Origin: Thermodesulfobacteriota bacterium
GTDB lineage: Bacteria > Desulfobacterota_D > UBA1144 > Nemesobacterales > Nemesobacteraceae
Assembly: GCA_965249045.1 (NCBI GenBank)
Contig: OZ252213.1
Span: 201,329-265,328 of the forward strand
Direction of reading: 5' to 3'
Length of the DNA stretch: 64,000 nucleotides
Part shown: in pieces, positions 38,170 through 48,338 of the stretch
Layout: each line of letters begins with the position of its first letter
Position numbering within the stretch: the stretch's first letter is position 1
Made by a program: the position numbers and the translations under genes
Notes under the pieces: generated by a model
What the model was told of the DNA's origin: nothing
Databases searched by the model: none
Seen by the model: only the letters and a program-made list of their open reading frames with translations

Positions 38170-39040
38170 CATAGACCACAACACGACCTACTCCTACGGA
38201 AAAAAAGTCGTTCTGGCCCCACACACCGTGAGACTTCATCCAAGAGATGACGCCTCGCAGAGGACCCGTTTTTTCTCCCTTAAAACCGATCCTTCCGAAG
38301 CGGGAAGAAGCGTAAACTCAGACCTTGACGGGAACACCACTGTGACCCTATGGTTTGCGGGGGAATCCGAGCGCCTGGTAATCGATACCCACTGTATCGT
38401 TGAAACGCTCAGGGGAAACCCATTTGATTTCGTAGCCTCAGACGCAAGTTTCCTTGATCTGCCGATGCAATATCCACGGGAGCAGAAGGCCTCTCTTCGC
38501 CCGTACACAGCAGTGAGCAAAAAAACCGCCCTGGCGGTCTCAGAACTTCGCGAAACGATTCTTTCGCAGACCCGGGGGAGGACCACGGATTTTATTCTCA
38601 CCCTCTGCGGGTACATACACAAGAACTTTCCCCATGTGGTGAGGGACTACGGCGCCCCTTGGCCCCCCGAGAGGACTCTCATGGAAAAAAGGGGGTCTTG
38701 CAGGGATCTCGTGGAGCTTTTCGCAAGCGTCTGCCGCTCGGCGGGGCTCGCGTGCAGACACGTAAGCGGCTACGCGCTTAGCAAGAGGAGAAAAAGAGGT
38801 GACGAGCTTCACGCCTGGGCAGAAGTCTACATCCCGGGCGGAGGATGGAGGGGATATGATCCTTCGTCGGGTCTTGCGGTCTCTGACCGCCACGTCGCGG
38901 TCGCAAGCGGGGCTAACCACGAACTTATCTCCCCCGTTTCGGGAAGTTTCTACGGGGATGGCGCACGAACCGAGCTTCAGTTCAAAATCAGGGTAAAGGA
39001 AACGGGGAAGCGGGAAAAAAAAGCGCTGGGACTCCTTTAA
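38159..39040 (+). CDS. Transglutaminase-like cysteine protease (Bact_transglu_N + transglutaminase core)
   Basis: Catalytic Cys context GSCRDLVELFASVCR. Followed by HAWAEVYIPGGGWRGYDPS (His/Asp). Confidence 0.75.
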   Translation: MLLSIDHNTTYSYGKKVVLAPHTVRLHPRDDASQRTRFFSLKTDPSEAGRSVNSDLDGNTTVTLWFAGESERLVIDTHCIVETLRGNPFDFVASDASFLDLPMQYPREQKASLRPYTAVSKKTALAVSELRETILSQTRGRTTDFILTLCGYIHKNFPHVVRDYGAPWPPERTLMEKRGSCRDLVELFASVCRSAGLACRHVSGYALSKRRKRGDELHAWAEVYIPGGGWRGYDPSSGLAVSDRHVAVASGANHELISPVSGSFYGDGARTELQFKIRVKETGKREKKALGLL

Positions 39041-39131
39041 ATACCCAAGCATTTACTTCTGCCAAGTCCGCCCTAAAAAGCCCTGCACCCAGAACCTGAT
39101 TCATGCTATAATGGAAATTTGATGGAATAAG

Positions 39132-40182
39132 ATTCGTGGTTTCAAGTTTGAAACGCAACTTTTGAGATTGATTAAAAGGGCAAGTTGCGATAGTTTTCGT
39201 AATTCTCTTTTAACCACCAGATCAAAAGGAGCGTTTGAATGAGAAACCCAGAGCAACTTACCCTGGTAAAAAGATATCAGATTGCCATTTTACGGAAAGC
39301 AGGTCACAACCAGACCCAGGTTGCAAGGCACTTGGGCGTACACAAATCCACCATAAGCAGGGAACTTAGCTGCAATCTCGGCAAACGCGGTTACCGTCCC
39401 AAGCAGGCCCAGAGGCTTGCGGATGCCAGGCGCAACTGTTCCCGAAACCGTATCCCGCAACAAACCTGGATTCGTGTGGAGCTGCTGCTAAGAGAAGACT
39501 GGAGCCCCCAGCAGATAACCAGCTGGCTTGCCCAGAACGAGGGGCTTGCGGTAAGTCACGAGAGTATCTACAAGCACTAAAGGACGACAAGATGAGTGGA
39601 GGGGGTCTCCACACCCACCTTCGCTGCCGGAGGAAGCGCAGAAAACGCTACGGAGCGCCCGCGCACAGGGGACATATCAAAAACCGCGTCTGCATAGATC
39701 AGCGCCCCGAAGTGGTGGATAGGCGCTCGCGCATAGGGGACTGGGAAGCCGATACCCTCCTTGGCTCAAGAAAAAAAAGCAAGGTGCTCGTAACCCTCGC
39801 GGAGCGCAAGTCCCGCTATTGCCTTATTCTCGTCTCAGAGGACAAAAAAGCCAGTTCCGTCTCCCGGGCCATACTCGAGGCGACTGTGCCCATGCACAAC
39901 AACTTCGAGACGGTGACGTGCGATAACGGCAAGGAATTCGCGTCGCATGAAAAGATCTCCAGTGAGCTTCGTGCGGACTGGTACTTCGCCCGTCCTTACC
40001 ACTCATGGGAGCGTGGGCTTAGTGAAAACACAAACGGACTTATACGCCAGTATTTCCCGAAGGGAATGGACTTCGCGGAGCTGACGCAGGAAGATGCGAA
40101 CAGAGCTATGGACAAACTTAACAACAGACCGAGGGAGTGTCTTGGATTCAAGACGCCCAATCAGGTGTTCTTCTGTCCCTGA
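39132..40182 (+). mobile_element. Decayed second IS30-family copy: intact left IR, frameshifted transposase (39239-40182), 3' end truncated/degenerate
   Basis: The same left end ATTCGTGGTTTCAAG lies at 39132. Compared with copy 1 there is a 1-nt deletion at ~39575, giving ...SIYKH*. The right IR is missing, with only a weak CTTGAAATCACGG at ~40314. Confidence 0.7.
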
Positions 40183-40404
40183 CTTCAGCGGTTTTTTGCG
40201 AAGAATTCCCATGCCTTTCTTAGGACTGACTGTTCGGTATAGTCCTGAAATCACTTTACAATACCTTGACAATCGTCAGGATTTATTATCGAATATAGAA
40301 GTTGCATTTGATGCTTGAAATCACGGTTTTAAAAGACCTCAGGCGGAAATCCCGAAACTGCGCTCTATACTACGACAAGGATACAAGGAGGAGGGGATAT
40401 TAAC

Positions 40405-42708
40405 ATGATTCGCGGGAAACTTAAATCTCGGTTAAAGGCACTTTTAGGCACCTTTGCCGCGGGCGTGCTTCTGACGCTTATCGGCGGTGGCGCTGCCCGG
40501 GCTCAGGATGCGTTCGGTGTAAGCAGCGTGCTTCTTGAAAAGATCACGGTCACGGCGCGAAAGCGCGAGGAGCCGATTCAGAACGTTCCGCTCTCGGTAA
40601 CGCATTTCAGCTCAGAACAGATAGACACCCTTAAGGTAAGAGACCTAGAAGACCTCTCGGTGTCGATGCCGAACGTGGCACTTGATGATATCGGCACGGT
40701 GGGAGGAATCGCCAACTTTTCGATTCGTGGCCTCGGCATAAACAGCTCCATACCGTCTGTCGACCCGACCGTGGGAGTATTTGTCGACGGCGTGTACGTA
40801 GGGGCTACCAACGGTGCTCTGTTTGATACATTCGATATCGAGAGTATTGAAGTGCTCAGAGGTCCCCAGGGAACCCTTTTTGGCCGAAACGTTACCGGGG
40901 GCGCCATACTGGTGAATACAAAAAAACCCGGCGATAAGCTTGAGATGTCTTTTCGCACCTCGTTTGAAGGGGGCGGGGAGAGCCTTAACAGCTACTACAT
41001 GGGTACCGTGGGGGGACCTCTCGGCGAAACCGTCAGCGCCAGGATAACCGCGTACACCAACCAGGATAACGGATGGTTCAAGAACCTTAACACCGGCGAA
41101 GCTTTCGGCGAGCTCGATGTCCGGATGGTGCGACCGGTGCTTACCTGGGATCCCACAGACGACCTGAGCTTGGTACTCCGATATCAATACGAAAGTGTCG
41201 ACGGCGACGGCCCCGCGGCGCAGAGCCACACAAACGGGTTCGGGGTCACAAACGCGCTGGCGGACTTTGACCGTGACAGCCATGACTTCAGTGTCGATGA
41301 AGAAGGTAAAAGAGAAAACGACACCCACTTTTTCACCGCACATATGGACTGGGACGTAGACTTCGGCGGCGGCACGATAACCAACATCTTCGGCTGGCGC
41401 GATTCTGAAACGTTCTCTTCAGCTGACCTCGACTCTTCGCCGCTTAATCTCCTCCACGCGAAGGGATGGAGCAATTACAGTCAGTGGAGCAACGAACTGC
41501 GCTACGCCGGCAGGTTTTTCGAGAAACTCCACGCGACTACGGGAGTCTACTTCTTTACAAACGAAATTAACTATCACGAACGCCGCTCTCTGTTTACCTA
41601 TGTCCTTGCGGCGTCGGGTCAGCTGCCGCCGGGAGCGGACGTATCCCAGTCCGGAGGCGGAAACTACGACATTGAGACTCTGGGACTGTTCCTGTCCCTG
41701 GATTATGACCTCACAAGCAAGTTGACGCTCACCGCGGGCACACGATACACGCGCGAGAAAAGAGAGGCCGAAATAGCCTTGATCGCTACCACCCCTCCCC
41801 CAGCGTCACTAGCACCGTCCTGCAACGTCGTTGAAGGCCCCGCCTGCGAGTTTGACTTTACAGGCGAAGAAACCTGGCACAGCTGGTCGCCGAAACTCGG
41901 TGCCGCCTACTACATAAGCGGCGAGGCAAACGTTTACGGACACTGGACCAGGGGATTTCGCTCAGGAGGCTATAATCTCCGCAACCTCTCGCCCAACCAC
42001 TCCCCGGGACCGTATGATGAAGAGACAGTCGACAGCTTCGAGGCCGGATTCAAGATTTCAAAAGACCGCGGCCATCTCTACGGGGCGGTTTTCTACAACA
42101 TGATCGACGACTTGCAGAGGGAGGTTAACTTCCCGGATGAAAGACTCGGCCCGGTTCAATTGATCGACAACACCGCCGACGTTGAGATCTACGGCTTTGA
42201 GCTTGACGGATTGTTCGCCATCGCGGAGAACCTGCTTCTGGTCGGTTCGGTAGGGTACGTCAACCCTGAGTACACGAAAGTGAAATATGATCTTAACCTC
42301 GATCGCAGCATTGACGAAAACGATGAAGCTCTTGAGCTTCCCCGCGCCGCGAAGTGGACTTACAGCGTGGGACTTACTCACGACACGGGAGCGGCCAGCT
42401 GGGGCAGGATGACCTCCCGCATAAACTACGCTTACCGCGACAAATCATACTTCACCGACGACAACAGGGGGTACATCCTAGAGCAGAACATCCTTGACGC
42501 GGGAGTTGACATCATCCCCGCAAACGGGCGGTTTTCCATCGGGCTTTACGGAAAGAACCTGCTTAACGAAGTCAAGCACGGAGGTGACAGCCAATTGCCC
42601 CCTACGCTGCTGCTGGGTACACAGCCGATACCTCTTGGCGGCACGTTCTCGCCGCTTGCCAAGGGCAGAACCTTCGGCGTGCAGTTAACCTACCGGCATA
42701 AAAGCTGA
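40405..42708 (+). CDS. TonB-dependent outer-membrane receptor
   Basis: Signal peptide, TonB-box-like EKITVTARKREE and plug motif NFSIRGLG, followed by a large beta-barrel with alternating amphipathic strands. Confidence 0.75.
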   Translation: MIRGKLKSRLKALLGTFAAGVLLTLIGGGAARAQDAFGVSSVLLEKITVTARKREEPIQNVPLSVTHFSSEQIDTLKVRDLEDLSVSMPNVALDDIGTVGGIANFSIRGLGINSSIPSVDPTVGVFVDGVYVGATNGALFDTFDIESIEVLRGPQGTLFGRNVTGGAILVNTKKPGDKLEMSFRTSFEGGGESLNSYYMGTVGGPLGETVSARITAYTNQDNGWFKNLNTGEAFGELDVRMVRPVLTWDPTDDLSLVLRYQYESVDGDGPAAQSHTNGFGVTNALADFDRDSHDFSVDEEGKRENDTHFFTAHMDWDVDFGGGTITNIFGWRDSETFSSADLDSSPLNLLHAKGWSNYSQWSNELRYAGRFFEKLHATTGVYFFTNEINYHERRSLFTYVLAASGQLPPGADVSQSGGGNYDIETLGLFLSLDYDLTSKLTLTAGTRYTREKREAEIALIATTPPPASLAPSCNVVEGPACEFDFTGEETWHSWSPKLGAAYYISGEANVYGHWTRGFRSGGYNLRNLSPNHSPGPYDEETVDSFEAGFKISKDRGHLYGAVFYNMIDDLQREVNFPDERLGPVQLIDNTADVEIYGFELDGLFAIAENLLLVGSVGYVNPEYTKVKYDLNLDRSIDENDEALELPRAAKWTYSVGLTHDTGAASWGRMTSRINYAYRDKSYFTDDNRGYILEQNILDAGVDIIPANGRFSIGLYGKNLLNEVKHGGDSQLPPTLLLGTQPIPLGGTFSPLAKGRTFGVQLTYRHKS

Positions 42709-42987
42709 CGGAACCGGAAACATCGCTCGGGCGTTCGCAAATCACGGAACCGGGCGGTGTTTTCGCACTAAGATTCCACCGGGAAAGAAAATTAGTGAGC
42801 GGATTCAGCTTCCGAAAGCGCGCAAGGAAATTCTAAAAACCCGGTTCCCACGCCAACGCGGAGACTTCCTCAAGGACGCAAGCGCTGTGTATGCGTAATT
42901 CTGAATTGCCGTATATGATTATCCCCAGGTGTTGTAATAAAAACCCCGGTTGCTATATAATGTTTTTTTCGCAGAAAGGAGTTTCTC

Positions 42988-43869
42988 ATGAAAAGTTCGG
43001 CAGAAAGGGCGGAGATACTGGTTGAAGCTCTTCCGTACATAGAGGCCTTTCACGGCAGAACCATCGTGGTCAAATACGGCGGGAGCGTCGCCAGGGAAGA
43101 TCTCACGAATTTCGTGCGCGACCTCGTACTGATGAAATACGTCGGAATAAAGCCGGTAGTTGTGCACGGAGGCGGCCCCCAGATCCAGGAGCATCTTGAC
43201 ATGCTGGGAATAAAATCCGACTTCATAGCCGGGCTTCGCGTTACCAACAGGCAGGTAATGGAAGTAGTCGAGATGGTGCTTGTCGGAAAAATAAACCAGC
43301 AGATCGTAACGTCGATAAACCGCCACCAGATGGAAACGGTCGGACTTTCGGGCAAGGAAGGAAAACTTATAAAGGCAAAAAAATTCGACCTGCACAAATT
43401 CGCCGCCGATCACAGCATAGACATCCCCCAGGACGCAGACCTCGGCTACGTTGGTGAGGTTCTCGAAATAAACCCTGAGATAATCAAGGTTCTTGAGGGC
43501 AGGGATGTCATTCCGATCATAGCTCCCATAGGATGGGGGGAGGACGGGACCACTTACAACATAAACGCGGACCACGTGGCGGGAAAAATAGCGGGAGCGC
43601 TTCACGCGGTAAAGCTCATCCTGTTAACCAACGTGGACGGTATCCTTGATAAAAAAGGGAAGCTCATATCTTCGGTAACGAAAAGGCAGGCTCGGAAATT
43701 CATCAGGAACGGAACTATAAACAGCGGAATGATCCCTAAGGTAATGTGCGCGCTTGAGGCCCTGGAAGAAGGGGTCAACAAGGTGCACATAATAAACGGG
43801 ACGACAAAAAGAGCTCTCATACTCGAGCTTCTTACCGATTTAGGAATAGGAACGGAGATAACCCTTTGA
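42988..43869 (+). CDS. argB: Acetylglutamate kinase
   Basis: IVVKYGGS, VVVHGGGPQI and GWGEDGTTYNINAD motifs. A TATAAT -10 box lies at 42954-42959 upstream. Confidence 0.9.
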   Translation: MKSSAERAEILVEALPYIEAFHGRTIVVKYGGSVAREDLTNFVRDLVLMKYVGIKPVVVHGGGPQIQEHLDMLGIKSDFIAGLRVTNRQVMEVVEMVLVGKINQQIVTSINRHQMETVGLSGKEGKLIKAKKFDLHKFAADHSIDIPQDADLGYVGEVLEINPEIIKVLEGRDVIPIIAPIGWGEDGTTYNINADHVAGKIAGALHAVKLILLTNVDGILDKKGKLISSVTKRQARKFIRNGTINSGMIPKVMCALEALEEGVNKVHIINGTTKRALILELLTDLGIGTEITL

Positions 43870-45074
43870 GGCCGGGGAAAATGGAAGATCCGCGGGAAAA
43901 ATACCTGATGAAGACCTACGGCCGTCTTCCCTTGACTATGCAGAGGGGAAGCGGTTCTTGGCTCTGGGACACCGAGGGCAAAAAATATCTTGACTACACG
44001 ACGGGGATAGCCGTTAACAACCTCGGGCACTGCCACCCCAAAATCACCGACGCCATAATCTCCCAGGCCTCTACCCTAGTTCACACATCGAACCTCTTTA
44101 ACATAGAAAACCAGTGCGCCCTCTCCGAGCTGCTTGTTTCAAACTCCTTTGCCGACAGGGTGTTTTTCTGCAACAGCGGGACCGAGGCCGTCGAAGGCTC
44201 AATAAAACTTGCCAGAAGATGGGGAGCGCAAAACGGCGGAAGACACGCGATCATTTCAACCGAAGGAGCTTTTCACGGAAGAACTTTCGGGGCGCTAAGC
44301 GCCACCGGGTCAGAAAAATACAGGGAGGGGTTTTCTCCTTTTCTTGAAGGATTTCACTTCGCCCCTTACGCCGATCCCGACGCGATCGCCCGCCTGGCCG
44401 CCGAAACAAGCCCCTGCGCGGTGATTCTTGAGCCGGTGCAGGGAGAAAACGGGGTCATCGTTCCGCCCACGGGATACCTAAGGCGGGTAAGGGATATCTG
44501 CGGGGAAAACAATATGCTGCTCATACTCGATGAAATTCAGGTCGGAATGGGAAGGACTGGAAAACTGTTTGCCTACGAGCACGAGGACATAAGGCCGGAC
44601 ATAGTTGCCCTCGCAAAGGCCCTTGGCGGTGGAATGCCATGCGGGGCGGTTCTGGCCACAGACGAAGTAGCAAAACACTTTACCCCAGGGGCCCACGGAA
44701 GTACTTTCGGCGGAAATCCGCTGGCCGCGGGAGCTGCCTGCGCCGCGGTTCAGACGATACTTGAAGAAAATCTGGCCGAAGAAGCGGGCAGACTCGGAAA
44801 CTATTTTCTCGCCAAACTTGAAGATATCTGGGGAAAATATCCTGAGCACATAAGTGAGGTAAGGGGAAAGGGACTTATAATCGGAGTGGAATTTTCGGAT
44901 AAGGATTTCGCGCGGAACTGTTTTTCGGTCTCGGTTAAAAACGGACTTCTAGTTATTCTTACGGTCGAGCGGGTGTTTCGGATTCTTCCTCCGCTCAATA
45001 CGAACGAGGAAGAGATTGATTTTGCCATTGCTGTCATAACAAAATCCATCGAGGAGGTAATTTCAAGTGGGTAG
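43866..45074 (+). CDS. argD: Acetylornithine aminotransferase (class III PLP aminotransferase)
   Basis: GSGSWLWDTEGKKYLD, LILDEIQVGMGRTGKLFA and TFGGNPLA. Translationally coupled to argB. Confidence 0.9.
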   Translation: MRPGKMEDPREKYLMKTYGRLPLTMQRGSGSWLWDTEGKKYLDYTTGIAVNNLGHCHPKITDAIISQASTLVHTSNLFNIENQCALSELLVSNSFADRVFFCNSGTEAVEGSIKLARRWGAQNGGRHAIISTEGAFHGRTFGALSATGSEKYREGFSPFLEGFHFAPYADPDAIARLAAETSPCAVILEPVQGENGVIVPPTGYLRRVRDICGENNMLLILDEIQVGMGRTGKLFAYEHEDIRPDIVALAKALGGGMPCGAVLATDEVAKHFTPGAHGSTFGGNPLAAGAACAAVQTILEENLAEEAGRLGNYFLAKLEDIWGKYPEHISEVRGKGLIIGVEFSDKDFARNCFSVSVKNGLLVILTVERVFRILPPLNTNEEEIDFAIAVITKSIEEVISSG

Positions 45075-45972
45075 GAATCTTCTCGCTATCTCAGACCTTA
45101 AAAAAAACGACATCAAGGGGATAATCCACCGCGCGGGCGAACTTAAGGAACTGAAAAAACAAGGCGAAAACCCCAAAAGCCTCAAGGGCATGTCTGTAGG
45201 TCTTCTGTTTGAAAAACAGTCGACCAGAACTAGGCTTTCCTTTGAAGCGGGCCTTTTTGACCTAGGCGCCCAGGCGGTTTACATGAATCCGGGGGATACC
45301 CAGCTCGGAAGGGGGGAAACCATAGCCGACACGGCGAAAGTCGTCTCCTCTTATCTCGATGGGGTAATAATAAGAACCTACGGACAGAAAAAGCTCCAAG
45401 AATTCGTGTATAACTCGGCCGTTCCCGTGATAAACGCCCTTACCGATCTTGAACATCCCACGCAGATAATCTCCGATCTTTTCTCGATTTCGGAGCAGGG
45501 AATAGATCTTGGGAAATTCAAGCTCGCTTTTCTCGGCGACGGAAACAATATCGCCAACTCCTTCGTTGCCGCATCCGCAATAATGGGCTTTAACCTGTCG
45601 GTTTCAGTTCCGCCTGGACATGAGCCCGACGCCACTATAATGGGTGAGGCCATGGAACTCGGAAACTCCGAAATTGAGGTTACCTATAACCCAGCCTCCG
45701 CGGTTAGAGACGCCGACGTAATCTACACTGACGTCTGGGTAAGCATGGGGGAGCAAAGAAAGGGAACCGACGCCTTCAGGCCTCTTCAGGTAAACACGAG
45801 GCTCCTTTCCTACTGCCGCAAAAACCCATTTATAATGCACTGTCTTCCGGCGCACAGGGGAGAAGAGATAACCGCGGAAGTCATGGACGGTCTCCGTTGC
45901 ATCGCCTTCACGCAGGCCGAGAACAAGCTTCACGCTGGAAAGGCCATACTTGAATTCTGTCTTCAGGATTAG
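45067..45972 (+). CDS. argF: Ornithine carbamoyltransferase
   Basis: STRTR carbamoyl-phosphate motif and HCLPAHRGEE. Confidence 0.9.
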   Translation: MGRNLLAISDLKKNDIKGIIHRAGELKELKKQGENPKSLKGMSVGLLFEKQSTRTRLSFEAGLFDLGAQAVYMNPGDTQLGRGETIADTAKVVSSYLDGVIIRTYGQKKLQEFVYNSAVPVINALTDLEHPTQIISDLFSISEQGIDLGKFKLAFLGDGNNIANSFVAASAIMGFNLSVSVPPGHEPDATIMGEAMELGNSEIEVTYNPASAVRDADVIYTDVWVSMGEQRKGTDAFRPLQVNTRLLSYCRKNPFIMHCLPAHRGEEITAEVMDGLRCIAFTQAENKLHAGKAILEFCLQD

Positions 45973-46156
45973 CCGGATACAGACTCGGTTCCAAGTCCTG
46001 ACCGGAAAATCCGAGAGTCATGATCCGATCCAGCGTTTAACCGGCTGTGACAAAAACTCTTCAGACGCGATTCCATCTCCTCCCACAAGCAGCTTGCGTA
46101 CCGACGGGAAGTTTTTTTCAAAAGCCGCCATTCCGGGCAACGAATCAGCCGACCGG

Positions 46157-47977
46157 CTAGCGCAGAAACTCCTTTACGTTCCGCGCGGCCTGTTTCGTCA
46201 TGCCCTTGACGGAGGCTAGTTCCTCGGCGGTGGCCCCTTTTATTTTCTCCACGCTTCCAAAGTGGTTAAGGAGCAGAAATTTCCTTTTCTTTCCTATGCC
46301 CGGAACGCCGTCCATCCGCGAAGTCAGGGCTTTGTCTTTCCTTAATTCCCTGTGATAGGTAATCGCGAAGCGGTGAGCCTCGTCCCTTACCCTCATCAAG
46401 AAATAAACGCCTTTCTTGTTAGACGAAAAATCGCAGGGTTCCCCGTTTCCGTGCACGTAAATCCTGTCGATCCCCGCTCGTCCTTCCGTCTTCGCTATAG
46501 AGGCAAGGTCTACCTCATTTTCCACCCCGGTGTCCCGAAGCGCCGCATAAGCGGCGTTTAGCTGTCCCTTCCCCCCGTCTATAAGTATCAGATCCGGAAG
46601 ATCCCAGTTCTCCTCCGCCGCCCGAAGAGCCCTCCTGTAGACAACCTCGTACATCGACCGGAAATCATCCTGGCCCGAGGTGGACGTGATCCTGTACCTT
46701 CTGTACCTGTCCCTCTCCGGCCTCGCGTTTCTAAACCTGACAAGCGAAGCAACCGTCTGGTTCCCCTGAATATTCGATATGTCAAAACACTCTATCGCGT
46801 AGGGAATCCGTTTTATCCCGGCCGATTTTCTTATGCTTCGAAGAAGAGTGCCCTGCTTGGCTTTTTCCTCAGCTTTTCTCGAACAACTCTCCCGGGCGTT
46901 TTTCATCGCGAATTTTACAAGCTCGCTTTTAGGCCCTCTACCGGGGGTCTCCACGTAAACCCTCTTCCCTCTTTTCTCGGTAAGCCACTCTGAGTACCCA
47001 TCGCGGTCCCTTATGGAGAGAGGCAGAAGGATTCTCTTGGGAACATAATGATCTGAGAAATAAAACCTGCCGAGAAACTCTCTCAGGCACTCGGCCTCAT
47101 CGCCGTGGGGACTCTTTACGGAAAAATCAAGCTTGTCGACCACGGAACCTCCCCTTGAGAGCAGAACCGTAAACTCATACTGCTGGGAATCCCGATAAAA
47201 ACCCACTATGTCCATGTCTTCGAATCTCGAGGAAGTAACCTTTTCGATCTCGGCGTTTTCTCTCAGGCTCGAAAGCTGATCGCGGTAGTAGGCCGCGTTT
47301 TCATACCTTCCCTCCTCCGAGGCTTTCTCCATCATCTCCCTGATCATTCTCACGAGTTTTTTTCTCTCCCCGCGAAGAAACGACGTTGCCTGGCGCACGA
47401 GTTCTCCGTAGTCCTGCTCCGAGATCCTGCCCGCGCACGGCCCCGAGCAAAGCTTCATGAAATAGTTAAGACAGGGACGGGCCCTGTGCCTCTCGAACTT
47501 GCCCCTGGTGCAGTCCCTCAGAGGAAAAAGTCTGTGGACAAGGTTTACCGTGCTCTTCAGAAACTTCCCAGAGGCGAACGGACCGAAATAAAGCGCTCCG
47601 TCATCCCGCACCCTCCTCGTGCGCGAAAGCCTGGGGAACTTCTCTCCCGCGGAGAGGCGAAGGGAAGAGAAAGTTTTGTCGTCCTTAAGCCGTATGTTGT
47701 ACTTCGGCTTGTGGCGCTTTATAAGGGAATTCTCGATGAAAAGGGCTTCGCTTTCTCCCTCCGTCACCACGTAGTCGATCGAGTCGACCTCCCTTACCAG
47801 ATAGGGAATCTGTCCTCTGTCCCTTCCCCCCTGGAAATAGGACATTACGCGGGAACGAAGGTTCTTGGCCTTGCCTATGTAAACAGGGGTGCCGTCCGCC
47901 CCTTTCATTATGTAAACCCCGGTTGTGGAGGGAAAAGATTCGGAAAGCTCAAGAATTTTTTCGCGCATAAGATACAA
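46157..47977 (-). CDS. uvrC: Excinuclease ABC subunit C
   Basis: N-terminal GIY-YIG (GVYIMKGADGTPVYIGKAKNLRSRV), a UvrB-interaction region, and a C-terminal RNaseH-like domain plus HhH. Confidence 0.9.
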   Translation of the reverse strand: MYLMREKILELSESFPSTTGVYIMKGADGTPVYIGKAKNLRSRVMSYFQGGRDRGQIPYLVREVDSIDYVVTEGESEALFIENSLIKRHKPKYNIRLKDDKTFSSLRLSAGEKFPRLSRTRRVRDDGALYFGPFASGKFLKSTVNLVHRLFPLRDCTRGKFERHRARPCLNYFMKLCSGPCAGRISEQDYGELVRQATSFLRGERKKLVRMIREMMEKASEEGRYENAAYYRDQLSSLRENAEIEKVTSSRFEDMDIVGFYRDSQQYEFTVLLSRGGSVVDKLDFSVKSPHGDEAECLREFLGRFYFSDHYVPKRILLPLSIRDRDGYSEWLTEKRGKRVYVETPGRGPKSELVKFAMKNARESCSRKAEEKAKQGTLLRSIRKSAGIKRIPYAIECFDISNIQGNQTVASLVRFRNARPERDRYRRYRITSTSGQDDFRSMYEVVYRRALRAAEENWDLPDLILIDGGKGQLNAAYAALRDTGVENEVDLASIAKTEGRAGIDRIYVHGNGEPCDFSSNKKGVYFLMRVRDEAHRFAITYHRELRKDKALTSRMDGVPGIGKKRKFLLLNHFGSVEKIKGATAEELASVKGMTKQAARNVKEFLR

Positions 47978-48007
47978 AAAATCAGAAGCCGCTATATGTC
48001 AAGGTCC

Positions 48008-48175
48008 TTACCACTGGTCTTCTAATTCCTTAATTAAACAATTTATTTGAGGCCTGTTGTTACCACTGACATTAAAATAAGAGCTGACCCTGCTTCTCAA
48101 ATTCTTGGCTTTTCCTATATAAATAGGCCTGCCGGATGCATTTTTCATCAGGTATCCGCCGGTTTTCTTTCGGAA
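48008..48175 (-). pseudogene. Diverged duplicate fragment of a GIY-YIG domain (UvrC N-terminus-like), ~50 codons
   Basis: The minus-strand translation GGYLMKNASGRPIYIGKAKNLRSRVSSYF parallels the uvrC N-terminus. There is a nucleotide similarity to 47860-47930, no upstream start codon, and a stop after 47 codons. Confidence 0.4.
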
Positions 48176-48338
48176 TGTCCTTAAACAGCAATCTTTTCAA
48201 TTCAATCATCTAAATATATTTTAAATGATTGAAAATACTTTTCAGATTATAAAGCTATAAAAACAGTACTAAGCCAGCGTGAAAATTGTTGGAGATATGC
48301 ATTGAAAGGAATTTAGGCGGGACAGCCTTTTAATAATT

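Noticed and set aside
39132-40182. Second IS30 copy as an active element
   Set aside because: The transposase is frameshifted by a 1-nt deletion and the right inverted repeat is missing. It is classified as a remnant.
42680-42708. TonB-dependent receptor ends ...LTYRHKS rather than with the usual C-terminal aromatic residue
   Set aside because: This could indicate a truncated or atypical C-terminus, but the barrel length is normal. It is insufficient to call a pseudogene without alignment.
42709-42987. Possible riboswitch/attenuator upstream of argB
   Set aside because: There is a plausible sigma70 -10 (TATAAT at 42954) with TTGTAA 16 nt upstream. I could not identify any conserved RNA structure or ARG box by eye.
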